The position numbers and the translations under genes are program-made. DNA of 31,251 nucleotides, taken from a virus. Its lineage: Duplodnaviria; Caudoviricetes. Shown here piece after piece: positions 24,385-31,251 of this stretch (position 1 is its first letter; each line of letters opens with the position of its first letter). Where the stretch lies: positions 1 to 31,251 of the IMG/VR virus record IMGVR_UViG_3300020043_006387; one strand, written 5' to 3'. The notes beneath the pieces were generated by a model, which saw nothing but the letters and a program-made list of their open reading frames with translations, searched no databases and was not told the origin of the DNA.

Positions 24385-26499
24385 ATGCCGTTACAAAAAA
24401 TACTGTTTAAGCCCGGCGTGAATAAAGAGAACACGCGGTATACCACTGAAGGTGGCTGGTACGAGTGCGACAAAATCCGTTTCCGTCAAGGCAACCCCGA
24501 AGTTATTGGGGGATGGCAGCGCATTTCTGCAGATACATATTTAGGGGTTTGTCGTTCGCTTTGGAACTGGGTAACACTGGGCGGCGCTAATTTAATTGGT
24601 GTCGGGACTAACCTGAAGTTTTATATTGAGCGAGGCACGGCGTACTACGATATCACGCCAATTCGTGCCACGTCTACAATCAATGCAAACCCGTTTGCCT
24701 TGACAGCTTCTTTAACAGCAACTGTAACCGACACAGCGCATGGGTGCCTTACAGGAGACTTTGTTACGTTTAGTGGGGCAACATCCATTGGTGGTAGCGG
24801 TACAAATATTACTGCTGCGATTTTGAATAAAGAGTACCAAGTCACTGTACTAACGCCAAATACATACACTATTCAACTTCCAGTGGTGCCAAATGCTACT
24901 GCAATTGCGGGCTCGCCCGGAGGCGGATCCTCTGTTGTTGCCGCGTACCAACTTAACGTGGGCCCTGCCATTCCAGTACCGCTTGTTGGTTGGGGTGCGG
25001 GGGCGTGGGGCTCAGGCGTATGGGGCACAGGGGGTTCCTCAACAAGCTCTTTGAGGTTATGGAATCAAACAAACTACGGTGAGAACCTTGTGTACGGCCC
25101 TCGCGGTGGCGGCATATATTATTGGACTGCTTCTAGCGGTACTGGAACTAGGGGTGTGAATTTAAACACGCTTGGCGGAAATGCCGCGTTTACAAACAGT
25201 GTGTCTACAGGCGTCCCCACCGTTGTCACGGCTACCATCTTATACACAGAAGGCGCAGCTATTCAGTTCAACGCCACATCTTCAATGCCCGGAGGTGTAA
25301 CAGCCAATACGACATACTACGTGTTTAATGTAAACGGGCTAACGTTTAACTTACTTGACTCTTCAGGAGCCACAGTTAGCACAACTTCTACAGGCTCCGG
25401 CGTATATGTTTCTTTGATTGCGGACGTCCCAACAGCGCAGAATAACATCGTTGTTTCCGACTCATCTCGTTTTATTCTTGCGTTGGGCGCGAACGACTAC
25501 GGCTCTTCTACGCTTGACCCCATGTTAATACGCTGGTCGTCACAGGACGATCCCTACAACTGGACACCCGATCCTACAAATCAAGCAGGTTTTACCCGGT
25601 TGTCGCACGGGTCAGAAATTATTACCTCTGTGCAGACCCGCCAAGAGATTGTGGTTTTCACAGACTCCAGCGCGTATTCGCTTCAGTACCTTGGGCCCCC
25701 ATACGTGTGGGGCACTCAGTTACTTGGTGACAACATATCCATCATAAGTCCTAACGCTGCGGTGATTGCTTCAGGCGTTATTTATTGGATGGGAGTAGAC
25801 AAGTTCTACGCTTACGACGGTCGTGTGCAGACGCTCAATTGTGACCTGCGTCGGTTTGTGTTTCAAGATTTAAATCAAGAACAGGCATTGCAAATTTTCT
25901 GCGGAACCAATGAAGGTTTTAATGAAGTATGGTGGTTCTACTGTTCCGAAAACAGCACCGCTGTTGATAAATACGTGGTGTACAACTACGTTGAAAAAGT
26001 TTGGTATTACGGCACAATGGCAAGAACGGCGTGGTTGGACTCTGGTTTGCAGCCATACCCAGTTGCGGCAACATACAGCCAGAATCTAGTTTTCCACGAG
26101 GTTGGTTTAAACGATAACGAAACTGCGACCGCGCTGCCGCTTGACGCATATATTTCCTCGTCTGAGTTTGACATTGGGGATGGGCATAACTTTGGTTTTG
26201 TGTGGCGTATCTTGCCGGACTTGACGTTTGAAAATGCTGAACCTGCGCCTAGCGGGGATTTGGCCACAGTGACTATGACACTGTACGGCTTGTCTAACTC
26301 TGGCTCGGGGGTCACAAGTTCGGCTAATCAGCCGGTGGTTAAGAGTAGTGTGTACAACATCACTGAAGAATTTACAGGCCAAATCTTTACGCGCATGCGC
26401 GGTCGCCAGATGATCTTTAAGGTCGGCTCAAACCAGCTTAACACTTGTTGGCAGCTAGGCGCACCGCGTATTGACATTCGCCCTGACGGACGACGCTGA
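24385..26499 (+). CDS. Tail hub/nozzle (DNA stabilisation protein, P22 gp10-like, putative)
   Basis: 704 aa; beta-propeller-like repeats (LIRWSSQDD...W, IYWMGVDKFY.YDG, FNEVWWFY); ends RIDIRPDGRR; lies upstream of ejection-type genes. Confidence 0.65.
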   Translation: MPLQKILFKPGVNKENTRYTTEGGWYECDKIRFRQGNPEVIGGWQRISADTYLGVCRSLWNWVTLGGANLIGVGTNLKFYIERGTAYYDITPIRATSTINANPFALTASLTATVTDTAHGCLTGDFVTFSGATSIGGSGTNITAAILNKEYQVTVLTPNTYTIQLPVVPNATAIAGSPGGGSSVVAAYQLNVGPAIPVPLVGWGAGAWGSGVWGTGGSSTSSLRLWNQTNYGENLVYGPRGGGIYYWTASSGTGTRGVNLNTLGGNAAFTNSVSTGVPTVVTATILYTEGAAIQFNATSSMPGGVTANTTYYVFNVNGLTFNLLDSSGATVSTTSTGSGVYVSLIADVPTAQNNIVVSDSSRFILALGANDYGSSTLDPMLIRWSSQDDPYNWTPDPTNQAGFTRLSHGSEIITSVQTRQEIVVFTDSSAYSLQYLGPPYVWGTQLLGDNISIISPNAAVIASGVIYWMGVDKFYAYDGRVQTLNCDLRRFVFQDLNQEQALQIFCGTNEGFNEVWWFYCSENSTAVDKYVVYNYVEKVWYYGTMARTAWLDSGLQPYPVAATYSQNLVFHEVGLNDNETATALPLDAYISSSEFDIGDGHNFGFVWRILPDLTFENAEPAPSGDLATVTMTLYGLSNSGSGVTSSANQPVVKSSVYNITEEFTGQIFTRMRGRQMIFKVGSNQLNTCWQLGAPRIDIRPDGRR

Positions 26500-27173
26500 T
26501 GGCTGAAAACACCCGCATCATAAATCCCGCGGTTCCCAACCTCCCGCTGGGCACGGATCAGTACGAGCGCCGGTATCAGGATCAGTTTACCAACGTCTTG
26601 CGTTTGTACTTTAACCAACTGCGTAATGCGTTGAGTGAGTTGCTCGGGCCAACGGGGGGCAAGTACATTAGCTTTCCACATATTTCTGCATCAAGTAATC
26701 TTGACCAGTACGCCACTGGGGACGACACCCCCACTAAAGTTGGCTGGACTTCCTCAGAAACCTTAGAAGGTTTTACGCTTTACCCTACTGGCTATGCCTC
26801 GAATGATTTTGCGGGCGTGTACAAGATTGACTACGGCCTCCAGCTTGCCAACAACGATAACGCCATTCATTTCGCAACCGTCTGGCTTCGTGTCAACGGC
26901 GATGATGTGCCTTTATCGGGTGTAAAGTTTACGCTACCTGCGCGTAAGAGTGCGGGTGAACCTTTTGAATTGCTAGCGTTTTCAAGCATTGTTTTCCCAG
27001 TAAATGCCCAAGACAGAATTGAGCTTTGGTGGGCAACTGACCAAGCTGCCGTTAGTGGCGGTGCAACAGGGGTTTATATAGAAGCTGCGCCAGCGGCTAC
27101 TTCTCCTTACGCACGACCATCCATTCCGTCAGCGATTGGCTCTATAACATTTGTGTCTGCGCTTCCGCCATGA
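26499..27173 (+). CDS. Putative tail needle/spike-like protein (N-terminal helix plus C-terminal jelly-roll knob)
   Basis: 224 aa. PNLPL...LRLYFNQL helix, then a beta domain with GVYKIDYGLQL, VWLRVNG and DRIELWW resembling C1q/TNF-like knobs. Confidence 0.5.
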   Translation: MAENTRIINPAVPNLPLGTDQYERRYQDQFTNVLRLYFNQLRNALSELLGPTGGKYISFPHISASSNLDQYATGDDTPTKVGWTSSETLEGFTLYPTGYASNDFAGVYKIDYGLQLANNDNAIHFATVWLRVNGDDVPLSGVKFTLPARKSAGEPFELLAFSSIVFPVNAQDRIELWWATDQAAVSGGATGVYIEAAPAATSPYARPSIPSAIGSITFVSALPP

Positions 27174-27179
27174 TATTAT
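27151..27179 (+). promoter_or_regulatory. Candidate sigma70 extended -10 promoter for the ejection-protein genes
   Basis: TTGTGT (27151-27156), 17-bp spacer, and TGa-TATTAT (27171-27179), ahead of RBS GAGG and ATG 27208. Confidence 0.5.
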
Positions 27180-27207
27180 CAAACAACCCCCATTTTGAGA
27201 GGCAAAT

Positions 27208-29391
27208 ATGAGCCTGCCCGTACTAGCCCAGCACATGGCCGCCAAAGGCCGTGGCCCAGATTCGATGCTTGTCCACATGTCTCCGCAAGAAGTTGCGGGC
27301 TTGCATGCTTTGGCTTTGAAACACGGCGGTTCACTTACAATTAACCCTGAGACCGGCCTTGTAGAAGCGGGTTTCTTGTCGTCTATTTTGCCTATGGTGG
27401 CAGGCTTTGCGCTTGATGCTTTTGCTCCCGGATTTGGTACTGCAATTAGTGGCGCATTGGGCATTACCGGGGCTGGCGCAGCTGCTATTGGTACAGGTAT
27501 TGGGGTTGGGGGCTTAACAGGTTTGGCCACTGGCAGTTTGTCTAAGGGGCTTGTTGCCGGTCTGGGCGCTTATGGCGGCGCGGGGCTGAATCAAAGTTTG
27601 CTAGGTGCAGGCCAAGCAGCGTTGGGAACAGATGCGTTTAATGCAGCCAATACATTGAATGCTGGCAACCCTGCGGCTATCCAAGCGGCTGTTGAAGACA
27701 AGATTGCTAACGCTTCATTTGGTGACAAGTTGGCCGCTGGTTTTGATGCAGCCAAAGCAAACCCCATGGGTTTCATTAAGCCAAATGCGGGTGTCTTGGC
27801 TGCGGCAGCAGCTCCGGTGATTGCTGACCAGATGGTGCCTACTACCGTCAAAGCCCCGCCACTGCCCCCGGCATACATTCGCCCTTTCCAGTTTGATGAG
27901 AACACTCGCACAGTTACTGCACAGACCCCTGTGTTGGCCAGCGAGTGGGGCGCACGTTCTTTCCCAGACTACATTCCCAAACGTATGGCTGACGGCGGTA
28001 TGGTTGCGTTTGCTGACGGCGGTCAGACTGACCCTTACGCTAAATACAACACGCTAACTGGCCAATCCAAGGCGGCGTATGATTATTTGATGGGTAACGC
28101 GGCGTACCCAACTGGCCCCGTTGTGGCTCCTCGCGTGATTGATACGCCTGTGGTGTCTACAACTGAGCCTACAACGCCAGTGACACCGCCCCCACGGCCC
28201 CCAATTATTGTGGAGCCTCCTGTTCCACCTGTTCCACCTCCACCTCCCCCTGTGGTCACGCCCCCCAAACCGTTGGTATGCGGCCCGGGCTATCACGAAG
28301 AGAATGGTGTGTGCGTTCCTGATGCAGTGATTCCCTCTGTTGTCACGACCACTCCGGACACATCGACAGATACTGTTATTACTGATACCGGAACAACGAC
28401 TACGACGCCCGGCACTACTACAACTACGACAACCGGCACCCCCGGCACTGGAACTCCCGGTACAGGTACGCCCGGCACTGGCACAGTTCCCGGCACTGGT
28501 GGCCCAAGCACAACCCCCGGCACAGGAGTGGAAACGCTTCTTCCCGGCGCTGGTGGCACGTCTTCAACAGGCACTACAGTGACAAGTGGCGGGACAGGTG
28601 GTGGTACTGCGGGTACTGGCGGCGCTGGAACCGGCGGCTCTGGTATCACAGGCTTGACCGGAAGCTCTGGCTTGTCTATCCCAACAACTACGCCTGCAAC
28701 TACTACGGGAACTCCCGGCGCTGCCACAAAAGGCACAGACGCTGGTATTGCTACTTTGACTGGTGGCGAGAGCGGCACTGGCGGCGGCACAATGGGGGGT
28801 GAGAGAGAAATTACTGAACGACAGTTTGGCGACTATAAACTTGACCCAACCAAAGGCGACGTTAAGGTTGTTGATCCACGTGATAAGGTTTGGGGCACGG
28901 TTGAAGTCACGCCAGTTGGCGGCGACATTTTCCAAGATCCTGACAACTACCAAGGCGGCTATTACTCTTTCACAAACCCTGCAGTGCCTGCTTCGGGTGG
29001 TGGCGGTGGCGGTGGCGGTAAACCCGTAGACGACACCTATGGAAACATTCTTGAGTTCGCCACTGGCGGCATGCCTTCCTACGCTGTGGGTGGCGGTCTT
29101 GGCACATTAGGCGGATACTCTGACGGCGGTCGTTTGCTTAAGGGCCCCGGTGACGGCGTGTCTGATAGCATCCCAGCAACTATCGGTCGTAAACAGCAAC
29201 CCGCACGCCTTGCTGACGGTGAGTTTGTGATCCCTGCACGCATTGTGTCTGAGTTGGGTAATGGCTCAACAGACGCCGGCGCTCGTAAGCTGTACCAGAT
29301 GATGGACCGCATTCAAAAAGCTCGTGGCAAAACAGTGGGTAAAGGCAAAGTCGCCGCTAACTCCCGCGCTGACAAACATCTTCCCGCTTAA
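27208..29391 (+). CDS. Putative internal virion/ejection protein with Pro/Thr/Gly-rich linker
   Basis: 727 aa. GRGPDSMLVHM and TINPETGLVEA, followed by a Gly/Ala hydrophobic region and a low-complexity middle. C-terminal GPGDGVSDSIPA...LADGEFVIPA domain. Confidence 0.7.
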   Translation: MSLPVLAQHMAAKGRGPDSMLVHMSPQEVAGLHALALKHGGSLTINPETGLVEAGFLSSILPMVAGFALDAFAPGFGTAISGALGITGAGAAAIGTGIGVGGLTGLATGSLSKGLVAGLGAYGGAGLNQSLLGAGQAALGTDAFNAANTLNAGNPAAIQAAVEDKIANASFGDKLAAGFDAAKANPMGFIKPNAGVLAAAAAPVIADQMVPTTVKAPPLPPAYIRPFQFDENTRTVTAQTPVLASEWGARSFPDYIPKRMADGGMVAFADGGQTDPYAKYNTLTGQSKAAYDYLMGNAAYPTGPVVAPRVIDTPVVSTTEPTTPVTPPPRPPIIVEPPVPPVPPPPPPVVTPPKPLVCGPGYHEENGVCVPDAVIPSVVTTTPDTSTDTVITDTGTTTTTPGTTTTTTTGTPGTGTPGTGTPGTGTVPGTGGPSTTPGTGVETLLPGAGGTSSTGTTVTSGGTGGGTAGTGGAGTGGSGITGLTGSSGLSIPTTTPATTTGTPGAATKGTDAGIATLTGGESGTGGGTMGGEREITERQFGDYKLDPTKGDVKVVDPRDKVWGTVEVTPVGGDIFQDPDNYQGGYYSFTNPAVPASGGGGGGGGKPVDDTYGNILEFATGGMPSYAVGGGLGTLGGYSDGGRLLKGPGDGVSDSIPATIGRKQQPARLADGEFVIPARIVSELGNGSTDAGARKLYQMMDRIQKARGKTVGKGKVAANSRADKHLPA

Positions 29392-29400
29392 GGAACAGAC

Positions 29401-30732
29401 ATGGCTACTACCCCAACACAAATTCAACAAACTCAAGTTGGCTTTGCCCCTGAGATTGCGCCTTTTGCCACGACTTTGTTAGGTCAAGCTCAAGCGTTTT
29501 CTAACCCTAATATTGCTGCGCCCGTCTATGGCGGTGATCGTTTTGCTCAGTTTACTCCGATGCAGAAGCAGTCCTATGAAGGCGCTCAGCAGATGCAGCC
29601 TGCGTATCAGTTACTTGGCGCTACAGGCTTAGCAGGACTGGCGGGTCAACAGGCACTGGGCACGCAATACAGCCCTATGAACTATCAAGCCGGTAGCATC
29701 ACTGGCGGTATGGGCGGCGGCAACACAAACGCTTATGGTGGCTTCGGTGGCCCTGCAGTTATGCCGCAGCAAGGCGGTATGGGGCGTGTTGCGCCTACAG
29801 AGGCTGATTGGAACATGATGCAGCAGATGGGGCAGTTTGCGCCCGGCACAGACATGGCGCAGGCTAAAGCTGATTTCATGGGCGGTGGTAAGGGTGGTTA
29901 CAGTGGCCCAGAGATGGGTGCATACAGCCCCGGTGCGATGCAACCCCAAGTCATGCCCCAAGCTCCTAAGAGCACGCTTGAGCAATACATGTCTCCCTAC
30001 GTTCAAAACGTAGTCGAACGCCAGCAACAAGATGCAGCACGTCAAGCCGCTATTGCAGGACAGGCACAACAAGCACAAGCTGCACGTGCTGGAGCGTTTG
30101 GTGGCAGCGGCGATTATCTGATGCGCGCGCAAGCCGCAGGTAACTTAGCCCGCCAAAAAGGCGATATCCAAGCCACAGGTATGCAGAACGCGTACACACA
30201 GGCGTTAAACCAGTTCAACCAAGAACAACAGCAGCGTCAGCAAGCCGCGCAGTTGAGCGAACAATCTCGTCAGTATGGTGCCGGGCTAGGACTTCAAGGT
30301 CTCCAAACGGCGTTGACTGGTGCGGGTCAGCTCAACACAATCGGCCAGACACAGTTTGGCCAAGGCATGGATGTTAACAAGTTGCAGAACACTTATGGTG
30401 GCCAGCAGCAACAACAGATGCAGAACATTTTGGGCGCTCAGTACCAGAGCTGGCTTGACCAACAGAACCAGCCATACAAGCAGATGGGCTTTATGTCTGA
30501 CATCATTCGTGGTGCACCTTTGTCACAGATGGGCAGCACCGTATATTCAGCATCACCGTCAGCCGTGTCGCAACTGGCGGGTCTGGGCGCTACAGCTTAC
30601 GGCGCTAGCATGAAGGCTGGCGGCGGCTCAATCAAAGAACAACGCTTTGCTAAAGGCGGGGCGGTGCAAGATGTAACGGCTAAAGAGCGTCCAGCAGGTC
30701 TGGCCGAGTTGGCAATCTACAAGTTGGCGTAA
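29401..30732 (+). CDS. Putative DNA ejection/pilot protein
   Basis: 443 aa, Q/G/A/M-rich; YMSPYVQNVV, AGAFGGS, and hydrophobic C-terminal LAGLGATAYG; RBS TAAGGA. Confidence 0.7.
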   Translation: MATTPTQIQQTQVGFAPEIAPFATTLLGQAQAFSNPNIAAPVYGGDRFAQFTPMQKQSYEGAQQMQPAYQLLGATGLAGLAGQQALGTQYSPMNYQAGSITGGMGGGNTNAYGGFGGPAVMPQQGGMGRVAPTEADWNMMQQMGQFAPGTDMAQAKADFMGGGKGGYSGPEMGAYSPGAMQPQVMPQAPKSTLEQYMSPYVQNVVERQQQDAARQAAIAGQAQQAQAARAGAFGGSGDYLMRAQAAGNLARQKGDIQATGMQNAYTQALNQFNQEQQQRQQAAQLSEQSRQYGAGLGLQGLQTALTGAGQLNTIGQTQFGQGMDVNKLQNTYGGQQQQQMQNILGAQYQSWLDQQNQPYKQMGFMSDIIRGAPLSQMGSTVYSASPSAVSQLAGLGATAYGASMKAGGGSIKEQRFAKGGAVQDVTAKERPAGLAELAIYKLA

Positions 30733-30741
30733 GAGGTACAC

Positions 30742-31251
30742 ATGCTTCAAACACAAAATCCTTACAGCCGCGAACGCATCGACGCGCTGACTGCAACGTT
30801 AGCAGGCATGCAGCCCCAAGAACGGCAAGCTTATGCCGCTCAGCACAAGAACGACCCTGCGGTTATTTCTGTGGCGCTGAACGTCAACAACATCATCAGT
30901 GCGGCAGAGCGAAGCAAAGCGATGCAGGCTGGAATGGGCGCTAAGCCCACTATCGTTGACCAAGAGATTGCAAAAATGGCTCCTCCTGCGCCAATGACAG
31001 GTTTGCCAGAAGAGCAAGGTATTGCACAATTGCCGACACCCAACATCAAAAGCATGGCCGATGGCGGTATTGCTGGCTACGGGGATGACGCAAATGAAGG
31101 CACTTCGATGTTTGACTTTTCTCAGCGCAGCGAACCGGTTGTTCGCATGGCTGAAGGCGGCATGAAGAAACTTTCTGGCGCAGATTTGTTTGAAACTGCG
31201 TTACGCATGGAAGGGGTGACCGATCCCGCGCAGCTTGCTTTCTTAACATCA
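30742..31251 (+). CDS. Putative ejection protein, N-terminal part (runs off the window edge)
   Basis: RBS GAGG and ATG at 30742; open for 170 codons to the end (MLQTQNPYSRERIDAL...); contains MADGG and MAEGG. Confidence 0.8.
   Translation, partial: MLQTQNPYSRERIDALTATLAGMQPQERQAYAAQHKNDPAVISVALNVNNIISAAERSKAMQAGMGAKPTIVDQEIAKMAPPAPMTGLPEEQGIAQLPTPNIKSMADGGIAGYGDDANEGTSMFDFSQRSEPVVRMAEGGMKKLSGADLFETALRMEGVTDPAQLAFLTS

Overview
This window is the virion-morphogenesis and lysis region of a tailed dsDNA phage (Caudoviricetes) with a P22/podovirus-like layout; all convincing genes are on the + strand. Gene order is: terminase large subunit (5' end apparently lost), portal, GroES-like co-chaperonin, scaffold, Mu gpT-like major capsid protein, small Lys-rich proteins, head-tail adaptors, several fibre/adhesin genes with an embedded cupin oxygenase, holin and lysozyme, tail hub, and putative ejection proteins running off the right edge. 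The first 163 nt are an inverted copy of portal sequence and are probably an amplification or assembly chimera. The most notable signals are four. (1) A very Cys-rich modular adhesin lies next to a 3-His cupin that appears to lack the 2-oxoglutarate-binding RxS motif. (2) A short [MFYL]-x-x-G-G motif is shared by unrelated small basic and ejection proteins. (3) The 230-nt region after the capsid gene holds a tRNA-like element, a terminator, a promoter and a double-pseudoknot leader. (4) A 33-repeat protein has a hairpin-split ribosome-binding site and follows two paralogous small structural genes. All calls come from reading motifs by eye; no database search was run.
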